Source: a virus
Reading direction: 5' to 3' (one strand)
Virus record (IMG/VR): IMGVR_UViG_3300044712_002706
Coordinates: 12,663 to 76,662 of that record
DNA: 64,000 nucleotides
The translations under genes and the position numbers were made by a program. The notes under the pieces were generated by a model that was given only the letters and a program-made list of their open reading frames with translations, was not told the origin of the DNA and made no database searches. Shown here piece after piece: positions 45,042-55,526 of this stretch. Position 1 is the first letter of the stretch; each line of letters starts with the position of its first letter.

Positions 45042-46133
45042 ATGGCTAACCAAGTTCTTATGGGATTTCTGAACCTTCAGGGTATGTTCGACCAGCGCGT
45101 AAGCTCTGTCAACATTGACCTGATCAACACTGCTATTCAGCAGAGCGTGGATGAGCACAACCGGCAGGTTGCGGCAGTGATGTCGTTATTCGTCGCCAAA
45201 AATCCGCGCTTCAACCAATCGCCAACAGTCCGTTTCAAAACCCCTGTTGCGGTTCGTAATCAACCCCTCGATGAAAATGGCCGCGCTCGCCCGATTCGTG
45301 TAGCGGGTCATTATGACGTGGCGTTCCCCCTGCAAGGCAGCGGTAACGCCTGGGGTGCGAATTTCGTGGCCCGCGAGAAGATGACGGTGGAAGATGCCAA
45401 CAACATCACTGCCACCCTCATCGATGGCGACACGCGTTGGATGCGTGACCACGTACTGGCGGGCTTGTTCACCAACGTCAGTTGGACGTATACCGACGAT
45501 GATGACGATGTGGGCAGCCTGACCATCAAAGGCCCGGCCAACGGCAACACCGACACCTATCTGGTGCAAGGTGGTGCAGATGCGGGTGCGACCGATACCC
45601 ACTTCCTGGCGCAGTCTGATGCTATCGCCACTGCCCACAACCCATTCCCGACCATGTATCAGGAACTCATGGAGCACCCTGAGAACGGCGGGGAAGCGGT
45701 ATGCTTCGTGCCGACATCCAATAAGGCTGCCGTCGAAGGCGTCAGCGGGTTTGTGGTAGCACGCCGACCGAACGACCCCGTTCAACCGGGTTCAAGCACC
45801 GACGTGCTGGTAGGCGACCTGCCGGCCAGCGTTCCGGGCAAGCTCTTTGGGTATCTCAACGATACATGGATGGTTCACTGGCCGACCCTGCCGACGGATT
45901 ACCTGATCGAAGTCGCCACCCAGGGCGAGCGAGCTTTGGGGATGCGCGAGCACCCCGAAGCCAGCTTACAGGGCTTCAAACGGGTGGCCGAACGCAATGA
46001 CCATCCCTTCATGGAAGCGCAGTACCTTCGCTTCGCCGGGTTCGGCGCATGGAACCGGGTGGGCGTGGTCGTGCAGCGCGTGGGCAATGGCAGCTATGCC
46101 ATCCCCACCAACTTCACCAGCCCGATGCCCTAA
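45042..46133 (+). CDS. Major capsid protein
   Basis: 363 aa, AGGAGG RBS, position, followed by a terminator. Confidence 0.8.
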   Translation: MANQVLMGFLNLQGMFDQRVSSVNIDLINTAIQQSVDEHNRQVAAVMSLFVAKNPRFNQSPTVRFKTPVAVRNQPLDENGRARPIRVAGHYDVAFPLQGSGNAWGANFVAREKMTVEDANNITATLIDGDTRWMRDHVLAGLFTNVSWTYTDDDDDVGSLTIKGPANGNTDTYLVQGGADAGATDTHFLAQSDAIATAHNPFPTMYQELMEHPENGGEAVCFVPTSNKAAVEGVSGFVVARRPNDPVQPGSSTDVLVGDLPASVPGKLFGYLNDTWMVHWPTLPTDYLIEVATQGERALGMREHPEASLQGFKRVAERNDHPFMEAQYLRFAGFGAWNRVGVVVQRVGNGSYAIPTNFTSPMP

Positions 46134-46145
46134 GCCTGTTTTGAT

Positions 46146-46177
46146 AGCGGGGGCAGCCTGGCTGCCCCCGCTCTTTT
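46146..46177 (+). terminator. Intrinsic terminator after the capsid gene
   Basis: AGCGGGGGCAGC-ctg-GCTGCCCCCGCT-CTTTT. Confidence 0.75.
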
Positions 46178-46187
46178 AGGAGCTTAC

Positions 46188-46574
46188 ATGCACCCACGAA
46201 TTCTAGCCGAACGCACTGCTCTGGCCGCTGAGCGTCTGACCGAGGACGCCCGACGGCTGGCCCAGGCACTCGACCTACCAGAAGACCTGGTCAAAGACCT
46301 GACCCCAGACGAAAACAATGTACAGGTCAGGCCGATGCTGGTGCTGGAAGCCTGCGCCAACCTGGTGAAAGCGGCTGCCGATAAGTTGGCTCAGCCAGTC
46401 GAGATTGAGCCGATCCCCCCATTCGTAATCGAAACCCAGGAAGGCAACATCACTCTGGAGCTTTCTGCAATATCGCCGGCACCTATCGCCGAAACCGGCG
46501 ATGGTGTGGCCAACACCGCCATTTCCGACGGTACTGAAGCAAAAACGAAGGTGAAGCGTGGCGGCTCCAAGTAG
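46188..46574 (+). CDS. Hypothetical protein
   Basis: AGGAG RBS. Confidence 0.6.
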   Translation: MHPRILAERTALAAERLTEDARRLAQALDLPEDLVKDLTPDENNVQVRPMLVLEACANLVKAAADKLAQPVEIEPIPPFVIETQEGNITLELSAISPAPIAETGDGVANTAISDGTEAKTKVKRGGSK

Positions 46575-47016
46575 CTACACCGAGATCACCCTCGGCCAGT
46601 ACGTGCTGAACGTGCTGGGCCAAATGGCCGCGTATATCGGATGGACGGACGCCGCGCATGCCGGCGAAGTGGTCAACGACATCCTGCTCGAACTGGGCGT
46701 GGACGATATCAGCACGATCAGCGGGTCCGAAAACATCCGCCACCTGCGGGCTGTGGCTCGATATCACGCCTGGAAGACGGCGGCAGAGTTGACCAGCGGG
46801 AAGTATGACTTCTCGACCGGCGACTCAGGCAGCTTCAAGCGCAGCCAGATGCACACGATGGCCCAGGAAAACGCCGAGAAAGCACGAGCAGAAGCCAACG
46901 AGGCGGCGCTCGCTGCTGGCAGCGAAGCCTACCCGGGCTACGAAGTGACCACGGTGCAGGCGGTCTACCAAGAACCCTACCAGGCCAGCTATCTGCTTGA
47001 CGAGGACGACCTGTGA
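46558..47016 (+). CDS. Head-tail adaptor
   Basis: Position; YDFSTGD..SFKRSQM motif. Confidence 0.6.
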   Translation: MAAPSSYTEITLGQYVLNVLGQMAAYIGWTDAAHAGEVVNDILLELGVDDISTISGSENIRHLRAVARYHAWKTAAELTSGKYDFSTGDSGSFKRSQMHTMAQENAEKARAEANEAALAAGSEAYPGYEVTTVQAVYQEPYQASYLLDEDDL

Positions 47017-47378
47017 TCGAAGAAGCCGAACTGGCCGACTTGCAGACCGACGCCGTGGAGAGTTTGACCACGGCGTGCTACGTTTCGCACACGCCACTTG
47101 TCAGCGACGGCGCTGGCGGCCAGGTGAACGGCTCCACCGTTCTCTACGGGCCGTATCTGTGCCGGGTGGAGCAGAGCGGTCGCAATGCCGACAGTATCCC
47201 CGTCGTCGCCGGCGGGCAATCGCCCAGGCGCTATGTATACATCGTCCTCGAACCCGGTGCACTCGTTTCCCCGCAGGACACAATCGTCGTCGGGTTGAAA
47301 CGCTACCCGGTGATCTCCGTCCCCGACCGCACGCTGAGCATTCTACTGCGAGTGCAGTGCTGGGAGTCGCTTTCATGA
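47013..47378 (+). CDS. Head closure protein
   Basis: SDGAGG motif; position. Confidence 0.65.
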   Translation: MIEEAELADLQTDAVESLTTACYVSHTPLVSDGAGGQVNGSTVLYGPYLCRVEQSGRNADSIPVVAGGQSPRRYVYIVLEPGALVSPQDTIVVGLKRYPVISVPDRTLSILLRVQCWESLS

Positions 47379-47788
47379 TCACGCCAGTCGTCAAAATCGT
47401 TGAGAACCGCATCCCCTTGCTGACGGATACCGTCCGCCAGCGAGCGAGTGATTTGACGATGAAGACGGCGCTGCGCATCCAGGGCCGCATTCGCACCGGC
47501 ATGGCTGATGCCAAGACCGGACGGGTGTATCTGCGGCGTGGAATCGCCCACCGGGCCAGCGCCCCGGGCGAGATGCCGGCAGTAGATACCAGCCACCTTT
47601 CCAACTCAATCCAGGTGGAACGCATGCCCGATGGCGTAAGTGCGGCGGTCTTCACCAACGCCGAATACGCTGAAGTGCTGGAGTTTGGCGGAGCGAGAAC
47701 TGAAGCCAGGCCTTTCATGCAGCCGGCAGCGGATGACGAGATACCCGGCTTCGAAGCCGAAGTAAATCGCCTTCTAGCAGGACTATAA
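47375..47788 (+). CDS. HK97 gp10-like neck protein
   Basis: ASAPGEMPAVDT..L.NSI, YAEVLEFG, ARPFMQPA. Confidence 0.85.
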   Translation: MITPVVKIVENRIPLLTDTVRQRASDLTMKTALRIQGRIRTGMADAKTGRVYLRRGIAHRASAPGEMPAVDTSHLSNSIQVERMPDGVSAAVFTNAEYAEVLEFGGARTEARPFMQPAADDEIPGFEAEVNRLLAGL

Positions 47789-47790
47789 CG

Positions 47791-48189
47791 ATGGAGCTGA
47801 TCGACGTTGAGAACCTGATCCATGACCGGTTGACCGCAGACGGCGCACTGGCGGCTATCGTAGGCGACCGCGTGTACTCGATGGATGCTCCAAAGGGTGC
47901 TGCGATGCCCTACGTGGTCTACAAGCTGAGCAGCGCACCGGTGACCAACGGCGTAGGCGGTGTGGTGATCCTGGCCAGGCCCAGCTACCTTATCGTCGTA
48001 TCTGGACAAACTCGTTCGCTGTCGTCTCTCGAAGCGGCCGCAGAGCGAGTGCTGGCACTTTTGCAGGGCAACTTCGGGGCCATTGGCGGCGTGCTGCGCG
48101 AGCAGGTGGCCTACCCTGAACTCTTCGATGGCATTTCCTACCGCCATCTTGGCGGCCTATTTGACTTTTATGCTTCGCCCACTTCATAG
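47791..48189 (+). CDS. Tail terminator (DUF3168-like)
   Basis: LAAIVGDRVY...AP.....PYVVY. Confidence 0.75.
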   Translation: MELIDVENLIHDRLTADGALAAIVGDRVYSMDAPKGAAMPYVVYKLSSAPVTNGVGGVVILARPSYLIVVSGQTRSLSSLEAAAERVLALLQGNFGAIGGVLREQVAYPELFDGISYRHLGGLFDFYASPTS

Positions 48190-48204
48190 GGCGTGGAGGT
48201 AATT

Positions 48205-49506
48205 ATGACAGAACGTGCTTCGATTTTCCAGAATGCACAAATCGGCGTCGAAACTGTCCCCGGTACAGCTGTGCTGGCGACAAAACAGCTTTCATCCCTG
48301 ATGATCAGCATGGGGATGAAGTTCGACGTGAAAAAGTATCGCCCTTCTGGGTATCGCTTCCCCACGATTGTTGTCCCTAACAAAGAATGGGTGGAGCACA
48401 AACTGAGCGGGCCGGTCACCTATAACGAGATGGTGTATCTGCTCAGTTCTCTAATCAAGACCGTAACGCCGACAGGCGGTGGTACGGAAAAAACATGGAC
48501 TTTCTCCCCCACCACCAAGAAAGAAGACGCCCACAAGACGTTTACCCTCGAGCAGGGTGACATATATCGGGCGCACCGCGTGACCAATTTCCTGGTGACG
48601 GCGCTGACGCTGAACTTCAGCCGGGATGAATGCACGCTGGACGGCACAGCGATCAGCAAGGCGCTTGAAGACGACATCCATGTTTCGACGGATGCCAAAT
48701 ACACCCTGACGGCCAACGCCACCCCTCCCACGTCTGGTACGTTCACGCTGACGATGGGCGGGCAGACGACATCTGGCATTCAATACAACGCCACAGCGGC
48801 GGCTGTTCAAACGGCGCTCGAGGCCTTGAGCACCATTGGGGCTGGCAATGTCATCGTCACCCGCACCACGGGCACTTCCACGCTGGCCCAGGCGAATGCC
48901 GTCTACACCATCGAATTCGTGGCCGACCTCGGCCAGCAGGCTATCACCTTGACCGGTGTATTCACCAGCCTGACCGCATCGGGAAGCATTGCCCTTGCTT
49001 CGAGCCAGGTCGGCGCAGCTCCGACCGAGATCGCACCGAAACCAGTGCTACCGACCCACATCTGCGTTTACATGGCTGACACGCAGGCGGGCCTTGACGT
49101 AGCCAATGCCATGACGCGCGTACTCTCTGCGTCGTTTTCTCTGGCCGATATGTACGCGGCGCTGTGGGCACTCAACCGCAACGTGACATCTTTTGCCGCT
49201 ACCGTCCCTACCGAACCAACGCTGGGTCTCAAGCTGAAGGTGGAAGCGGACGACGAAGGCATGACCCCGCTGACGACCCTGCGGGCCGGGCAAACCAAGT
49301 TTTTCCGCATCGAAGCCATCGGCGACACCATCAGCTCGGCTCCATACGAGCTGGGCATCGACTTCGCTGCCAAAGCGGAAGCGCCATCTGAATTCAGCGA
49401 CGAAGACGGCGTTTTTGCCTTGGAGTGGTCGTTCACCGGTGTGCATGATGCCACCTGGGGCAAGGCCACCGAGCTGACCGTCGTCACCGATGTGACGAGC
49501 CTGTAA
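48205..49506 (+). CDS. Major tail protein with inserted accessory domain
   Basis: QIGVETVPGTAV N-terminus; internal GTFTLT.GGQTT..I.YNATAAAVQTALEAL domain. Confidence 0.75.
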   Translation: MTERASIFQNAQIGVETVPGTAVLATKQLSSLMISMGMKFDVKKYRPSGYRFPTIVVPNKEWVEHKLSGPVTYNEMVYLLSSLIKTVTPTGGGTEKTWTFSPTTKKEDAHKTFTLEQGDIYRAHRVTNFLVTALTLNFSRDECTLDGTAISKALEDDIHVSTDAKYTLTANATPPTSGTFTLTMGGQTTSGIQYNATAAAVQTALEALSTIGAGNVIVTRTTGTSTLAQANAVYTIEFVADLGQQAITLTGVFTSLTASGSIALASSQVGAAPTEIAPKPVLPTHICVYMADTQAGLDVANAMTRVLSASFSLADMYAALWALNRNVTSFAATVPTEPTLGLKLKVEADDEGMTPLTTLRAGQTKFFRIEAIGDTISSAPYELGIDFAAKAEAPSEFSDEDGVFALEWSFTGVHDATWGKATELTVVTDVTSL

Positions 49507-49531
49507 TCTGTAGTGTTGACGAAGGAGCGAT

Positions 49532-49969
49532 ATGTCTATTTTGCTGAGTAACCTTGTTTTGGATGAACGCACCATTCCGGTGGTAGTTGGCAAAGACCAG
49601 GAAACGGGCGAAGATATGACGGTGATGATCACCTACCGCCCCAGCGGGTTGACGCCGGTGCTGGAGAGCAATTCTGCAAACCTGTCGGCCCGATTGGGGC
49701 TTGGGCCAGGCGTGGCCACCCTGCTTTCGGGCATGCTGACGGATTGGGACATCGTCAACGACGAAGGCGAAACCATCCCAACCACCTACGAAGGCATGAG
49801 CATCATCCCCGACAAAGTGTTGTTCAAGATCAGGGATGCCATCATCGTGGACTTGCGCCAGGATAAGGAAGACCTAAAAAACTCAGGCGGTGGCTCGCAT
49901 CGGAAGGGGAAGTCGGGGAATGCCCGGACTGGTACCCAGTCATCCGGGCGGCGCGGCTCGCTGGCGTAG
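49532..49969 (+). CDS. Tail assembly chaperone (gpG-like)
   Basis: Between tail tube and tape measure genes; slippery A-AAA-AAC at 49876-49882. Confidence 0.75.
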   Translation: MSILLSNLVLDERTIPVVVGKDQETGEDMTVMITYRPSGLTPVLESNSANLSARLGLGPGVATLLSGMLTDWDIVNDEGETIPTTYEGMSIIPDKVLFKIRDAIIVDLRQDKEDLKNSGGGSHRKGKSGNARTGTQSSGRRGSLA

Positions 49970-50124
49970 CGCCGTGGGAGCTGGCCGAGAAATCATCTGC
50001 CTGGACGCAGATGATTTTGACAGCCCAAAATGCCGAAGTGGGTGCTGAGAACGTGCGGCGCGAGAATGATGCACAAAGAGCACAGCACCTACGGGTGCGG
50101 CCACCGATTAGACGAAGACGATAA
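49876..50124 (+). CDS. -1 frameshift extension of the tail chaperone (gpGT-like)
   Basis: The -1 frame is open from the slippery site: KLRRWLASEGEVGECPDWYPVIRAARLAGVAPWEL... to TAA at 50122-50124. Confidence 0.75.
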   Translation, partial: KKLRRWLASEGEVGECPDWYPVIRAARLAGVAPWELAEKSSAWTQMILTAQNAEVGAENVRRENDAQRAQHLRVRPPIRRRR

Positions 50125-50127
50125 GTG

Positions 50128-50162
50128 AAAACGGGCGGGTGAGTGTATCGCCTGCCCGTTTT
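50128..50162. terminator. Terminator-like hairpin before the tape measure gene
   Basis: AAAACGGGCGGGTGA..TCGCCTGCCCGTTTT. Confidence 0.55.
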
Positions 50163-50179
50163 GGTAAAAGGACAAAGAT

Positions 50180-53023
50180 ATGTCCATTACGCTGGCAAAA
50201 CTTCTGGTGCTGGTTGGTGCAGACACCAAAGAAGCCGAACAGGGCCTGGGAGATGTCAACAAGGCGCTGAAAGGCACGCAGTCCATTGGCGAGAATGCCC
50301 TGGGCGTGTTTTCGGGCGTCTTGATGGCGAAGGCCGTGCAGGGGGTGGCTTCGCTGGCGGCTGAAGGGCTGGAAGCCTACGCCAGCTACGAACGCCTGGG
50401 GATGTCGCTGAATGCCCTGTCTGCGCGTGAGCTGCTGGTTAGCGGCGGGGCGACGACGATGGCCGACGCAATGGAAGCGACCAAAGACCAGGGGCAGCAG
50501 CTCCTGGCGACCATCGAGCAGATCGGAATCAAGTCTCCGTTCCGCCAGGAGACCATCGCAGCCACCATGCAGACGGCGATGGGATACGGCATGGCATCGG
50601 ACTTGGCTTTGGAGATGACGCAAAGCCTGGTGGATTTGTCGGCGGCGACCGGGCGGGGTGAGAAGGACCTGAACATGATGGGCCTGGCGCTGGGCCAGGT
50701 GTGGGCGAAGGGTAAGCTGACCGGCGAAGAGATGCGCCAGCTGACGAATGCGGGCCTTTCGGTGGCCGACGTCTCGCGGGCGATGAAGATCCCAATCGAA
50801 GACGTGGCCGGGGCGATCAGCGACGGGGCCATCAAGGCCAAAGAACTGATCCCGGCCTTGATTGACATGATCAACCTGGATTTTGGCGGGGAAGCGGAGA
50901 GACAATCCACCAGCTGGGCCGGGTTGATTTCCACCTTCGAAGACCTAAAAGAAGTCAATCTGCGTGAGTTCTTTGCCGGAACGCTTCAAGAGCTACAGCC
51001 ATTGGCTGAAGAATTAGCGACTGCCCTGGCAGACCCAGAGTTCAGAGCACAGGTGCGCGAGACCGGGCAGGCGGTTGGCGACATGGTGGGCCAGATCGTG
51101 ACATCGGGCCGAGAGCTGATTGATTTCTGGCAGGGCATTCCCGGCCCAGTGCAGACGGCGCTTTTGGCCTTCGGGGGCACGATGCTGGTGGGGCCGCAGG
51201 TGGTTGGCGCATTCGGCTCGATGATGACGGGCGGCGTCAAACTGCTGCAAGTGATGCAGCAATTACAAAACGGCGTGGGCTTCTTCGCCGTGGCCCAGCA
51301 GGGCGCTATCGGCCTGACCGGAGCACTCCTGCCCGTTGCGGCTGCGGTAGCAGCGGTCAGCGCTGCTTGGGTGGAGTGGCGAAAAGTGCAGGGCCAGGTT
51401 GATCAGGGAAACCAGCAGGTCGAAGCCAGCTGGAGCAGCTTTATCAACGAGATGGTCGACAGCGGTGCATCGGCGGCGCAGGTGACGGAAGCGGTCAACG
51501 CCAAGATGGCCGAAACCAAACAGATCATGGACGAGGCTGGCGCAGCAGGGGTAATCGTTTCCCGTGTCTTCGGTGGTGAAACCGCACCGTCATTGGACTT
51601 GGTCTCTTCGGCATTGCAGAATACCGGGGCAAGCTACGAAGAATATACAGCCGGGATGCTGGATTACCTGGCTGCAGCTGGAGAATTGACGGGTGTAGAT
51701 CAGGCAGCGGTCGAAGGGATGATCCTGACCGGAGATGCCGCCGAGGATGTGGCCGGTCAATATGGCCTGATGACCCGCGAAGCCTACGACGCTGCAGCAG
51801 CACAAGCAAAGGTGAACGCGGCAGCCGAAGCCAGCCGCCGGACATATACCTACCAGATTGCCTCCTTCGAGTCGTACATGGCTTCGATGAACCAGGCCAC
51901 CATTACCCAGCAGGCGAACACAGCCACAGGTATCGAAGCAGAACAAGTTTTGCGGCTTGTCTCTGACCTATACAAGGAACTGCCCGCCAACATCACCGAT
52001 GCCAGCGATGCACAAACCATCCTGACCGATAGCTCGCTTTACGCGCTAGACACCACGAGCCAGCTCAAAGACGAAGTGACCCTGGCCACCGAAGCCTACG
52101 CCTATGGCATCCTCGGCTACGAGCGCTACTCCGAAGTCCTCGTCAACGCCACCAACGGCACGCTGACGTTTACCGATGCCCAGCGCCAATCCGTCACCGC
52201 GGCCACCGATATGGCGGCAGCCCAGGCGGCGTCGGCGCAGGCGGCGGGAGAGTCGGCGGCAGCTTATTGGGGCCTGGCCGAAAGCCTGAAGGGAGCCAGC
52301 CAGGCGGAGATCGCCAAGACGATGATCAGCGACCTGACGGCGGCCCTGAAAGAAACGGATGACGCAGCCACCCAGAACACCATCAACCAGGCCATCCTGG
52401 ATATCAGCGACTCCTTCGGTATCACCGACGAGAAGAGCCGGGCGTTGGCGGCATCCATGCCCTTGCTGACGCAGGCTATGCTCACTGGCATTATCCCAGC
52501 CCAGAACGCTGACGAAGCGCTTAAGTACTTGAACGAAGATGCCAAGGATGGCTCAGTGGATTTTGGAAAGCTGATCGAGAAGTTCGGCCAGATACCTGGA
52601 AGCCTGAAACCTGGCCAGGATGCGGCGATGGTCATGCAAGATATGTGGTCGAACGATGTCAGCGAAGCCTTCATCAAGGCTCAGACCGAAGAAGAGCAAT
52701 TTGCTGCATCTATTCAGAAATTGTATGACCTGGCAAAGAACCCGATCAATATCAAGATTGTCTTCACGACCAGCGGTTCTTACACTGTCCCAGGAAACAC
52801 AACCACGACAGGTGGCGGCGGCGGTGGTGGTGGTTCGTCGGGAACAAGGACGGGCGGCGGAAATTCTTCTGGAAATGGCACGTCTGCACCCGACGAGCAG
52901 TATGGCACGAACACTACCAACGTCTACAACACCCAAAACTACAACTACAACGAGGGCGCGGCGGCGACGAATGCAGCACTGGCTGATCAGGCACGCCGTG
53001 AGAACTCGAACATGGGGCCGTAA
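50180..53023 (+). CDS. Tape measure protein
   Basis: 947 aa Ala-rich; KSPF, ALGQV.AKGKLTGEEMRQL. Confidence 0.9.
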   Translation: MSITLAKLLVLVGADTKEAEQGLGDVNKALKGTQSIGENALGVFSGVLMAKAVQGVASLAAEGLEAYASYERLGMSLNALSARELLVSGGATTMADAMEATKDQGQQLLATIEQIGIKSPFRQETIAATMQTAMGYGMASDLALEMTQSLVDLSAATGRGEKDLNMMGLALGQVWAKGKLTGEEMRQLTNAGLSVADVSRAMKIPIEDVAGAISDGAIKAKELIPALIDMINLDFGGEAERQSTSWAGLISTFEDLKEVNLREFFAGTLQELQPLAEELATALADPEFRAQVRETGQAVGDMVGQIVTSGRELIDFWQGIPGPVQTALLAFGGTMLVGPQVVGAFGSMMTGGVKLLQVMQQLQNGVGFFAVAQQGAIGLTGALLPVAAAVAAVSAAWVEWRKVQGQVDQGNQQVEASWSSFINEMVDSGASAAQVTEAVNAKMAETKQIMDEAGAAGVIVSRVFGGETAPSLDLVSSALQNTGASYEEYTAGMLDYLAAAGELTGVDQAAVEGMILTGDAAEDVAGQYGLMTREAYDAAAAQAKVNAAAEASRRTYTYQIASFESYMASMNQATITQQANTATGIEAEQVLRLVSDLYKELPANITDASDAQTILTDSSLYALDTTSQLKDEVTLATEAYAYGILGYERYSEVLVNATNGTLTFTDAQRQSVTAATDMAAAQAASAQAAGESAAAYWGLAESLKGASQAEIAKTMISDLTAALKETDDAATQNTINQAILDISDSFGITDEKSRALAASMPLLTQAMLTGIIPAQNADEALKYLNEDAKDGSVDFGKLIEKFGQIPGSLKPGQDAAMVMQDMWSNDVSEAFIKAQTEEEQFAASIQKLYDLAKNPINIKIVFTTSGSYTVPGNTTTTGGGGGGGGSSGTRTGGGNSSGNGTSAPDEQYGTNTTNVYNTQNYNYNEGAAATNAALADQARRENSNMGP

Positions 53024-53025
53024 AT

Positions 53026-54411
53026 ATGGCACTGACACACAAAATCATCAATCAATACGCAGATGTTACCTACGACTTCACCACCGGCGACCTGATGATC
53101 AGCGATTCCGGCTGGCGCATCCAGGGGTTGAAGGATAACAAGGTGATCGAGACGATGACGCTTTTCGGGGAAGCGTCGAACGCGGCAGACGTCATTGATG
53201 CGGTCAATATGCTCAACGAACTGGGCCGCATGGCAAGAGAATGGCATAGCGAGCCACAAAACCCGGACTCGGTCTGGGTTCACCTGTATGGCGAAAACGA
53301 GAACCCCAAGCGAGCGCTGGTGTACGACATCACCGTCGTCTCGATGCCGAGTGGGATGAGCAATCCAACCCTGGCCGTCGGCGCAGGCTTGTATACCTTC
53401 TCGATCACCCGTTCGGCCACCTGGGAAGATGCCAGCGTCCAAACCCTGGCGGCGCAAACGCTGAACGCCCTGGGCGGTAGTGTGGCCCTGGCCGCCATCG
53501 CCGGGGACGAAGACGCCCGCTTCGAACGCTTCACGGCGTTTGGCGATTCGAGCGGGGCGACGATGGCCAATGGCATGACCAAGATGTGGTGGGGAATGGT
53601 CAACCTGCACCCTGCCATTTCGGTTGGCGGAAGTTATAGCCCGTTGCAGGAAGTGGAGGACGCTTACATCAATCCTTCTTGCTCTCCCCTGCCCACGGTG
53701 CAGAGTGACAGTTCGGCTTCGGGCAGTTCGAAAATCCAGTGGCTGACGAGTGCCACCTTTCAGAATATTTGCGGGGAGGAGCTGAGCGGGTGGTTTACCA
53801 ACTTCCCAGCAGGCTACTATGGGCGCTACCTGATTTTGTTGCGCTGCAAGCTGAGCGCAGCAGAAACGGTACGGTTGCAAATCCGCTACGGGCAGCTGGG
53901 CGGAGAAGTATCGCTCGGCGACCGCTACATCAACAATACGGCTTATCAGTTTATCGAGATGGGAGAAGCCAGCTTCAGGCCCGGTTCGTTGCGGGCAGCC
54001 GCCTATGATTTCGGCTCCGGGCGCAACTCGGCGGGGCTGTATATCTGGGGCCAGCACATGACCAGCCAGGTGACGCTCTCGCTGGACTGCCTGGTGATGA
54101 TCCCGCTCATGGCGCATGGGTTTGCCGATGATGCGTATGTCGGCTACCTGGGCAGCAGTTGGGTGTTTGGCACTAACTTCTACCAGTTCGAGGACGATGA
54201 GCGGGCAGCGGTCAATTATTCCAAAACCGGGGCGACGCTGGCCACACTGTTTGGCTCGGTGCAACACAATAGCGAGACCTGGCGCTACCTGCGGCGCGGC
54301 GGTATGCTGGTGGTGGCCGGGGAACGGGCCGCCGGGCAGGATAAGGCCGACACGCTGAAGGTGGAAGCCACTTACTACAGGAGATATCGCACCCATGCCC
54401 CTTCTGTCTAA
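53026..54411 (+). CDS. Distal tail-like protein
   Basis: Position after tape measure; size. Confidence 0.6.
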   Translation: MALTHKIINQYADVTYDFTTGDLMISDSGWRIQGLKDNKVIETMTLFGEASNAADVIDAVNMLNELGRMAREWHSEPQNPDSVWVHLYGENENPKRALVYDITVVSMPSGMSNPTLAVGAGLYTFSITRSATWEDASVQTLAAQTLNALGGSVALAAIAGDEDARFERFTAFGDSSGATMANGMTKMWWGMVNLHPAISVGGSYSPLQEVEDAYINPSCSPLPTVQSDSSASGSSKIQWLTSATFQNICGEELSGWFTNFPAGYYGRYLILLRCKLSAAETVRLQIRYGQLGGEVSLGDRYINNTAYQFIEMGEASFRPGSLRAAAYDFGSGRNSAGLYIWGQHMTSQVTLSLDCLVMIPLMAHGFADDAYVGYLGSSWVFGTNFYQFEDDERAAVNYSKTGATLATLFGSVQHNSETWRYLRRGGMLVVAGERAAGQDKADTLKVEATYYRRYRTHAPSV

Positions 54412-55525
54412 AGACTACGCCCTGGATGTTTACGAGAACGTCTTGAATGGTGGTATGTGGGCAGGGACAATCACCAACCAGGCCGAAGGTTGGCGGCGCA
54501 GCATTCGCCGCAAGGGGGGCTTTTGGGATGGACGCTTCAAGCTGCGGGACGACCGCGGTGTGCTGGAAGATTTCTTCAACACCCAAATCATGGCCCACTT
54601 CGAGGAGAAGTGCGGCGGCAGTGTCACCTGGGAAGGCTTCATCGCCGATATGGATGCGCCGGTGGAAGACCGGGACGGGTGGTATCTGGACGTGGGCGTC
54701 TACGGATATGTGCACACGCTGGGGTCGGTGTATGTGAGTGCGGGCGACGATACAACCGGCAACGCCAGCGTGTGGGTCAACGATGTGCTGGGGGCCAATT
54801 GCGAGTATGTGGCGGCGAAGGCCATCAGCACGAACACGCTGCAGGTCTTGCGCTCGAACGCCAATGCCCCACGCGTGTGGGATGAGATTTGCAGAATCGC
54901 TGAGTTGGGCGATGGCACAGGCGCACCCTGGCGCTTCTACATGGACGTGGGGCGGCGGGCGGTGTATGCGGCGGATAGCACGGCGGTGGCTTACTACGTC
55001 AATGGCGGTATCCGACGGCGGCGCTCGTGGTCAACGATGTGGAATGCGGTGGGCGGAAGCTACATCGACGATGCTGATGTGGTGCAGTCGTTGACGGTGG
55101 GAACCAACGCCGAGAGCATACGCCGGTTTGGGCGACGTGAACAGCGCATGTATCGGGATGGCTTGCCCTTGGCAGCGGCCAACGCCATGCGGGATACCTA
55201 CCTGAAAGAGAATGGTTACCCATGGTCAAGGCCGGTGGGGACGATTGGGAAGGTTGACCTGTATACCAGCATCGGAGACCGGGTGAGCGTGTTGCCGTGG
55301 CTGGTAAAGCCAGGCGGGGTAATCCGAGACCTGAGCTACACCGTGGGTGGCAGCGACTACGGCGGCTGGCTGCAAGACCAGCGTGATTTTATGGTGGATG
55401 AAGTGGTGGCCGACGAGAAGGGCGTAAGCCTGCGCACGGCCTTGTTCAGCGAAGCGGATTTGCTCGAAGCACAGTTGAGCTATGCCAAGAGCACCAAAGA
55501 ACTTGATTTTGACCTGAGAGATTGA
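54395..55525 (+). CDS. Tail hub/baseplate protein
   Basis: Position; WEGFI and NAESIRRFGRRE motifs. Confidence 0.6.
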   Translation: MPLLSKDYALDVYENVLNGGMWAGTITNQAEGWRRSIRRKGGFWDGRFKLRDDRGVLEDFFNTQIMAHFEEKCGGSVTWEGFIADMDAPVEDRDGWYLDVGVYGYVHTLGSVYVSAGDDTTGNASVWVNDVLGANCEYVAAKAISTNTLQVLRSNANAPRVWDEICRIAELGDGTGAPWRFYMDVGRRAVYAADSTAVAYYVNGGIRRRRSWSTMWNAVGGSYIDDADVVQSLTVGTNAESIRRFGRREQRMYRDGLPLAAANAMRDTYLKENGYPWSRPVGTIGKVDLYTSIGDRVSVLPWLVKPGGVIRDLSYTVGGSDYGGWLQDQRDFMVDEVVADEKGVSLRTALFSEADLLEAQLSYAKSTKELDFDLRD

Positions 55526-55526
55526 T

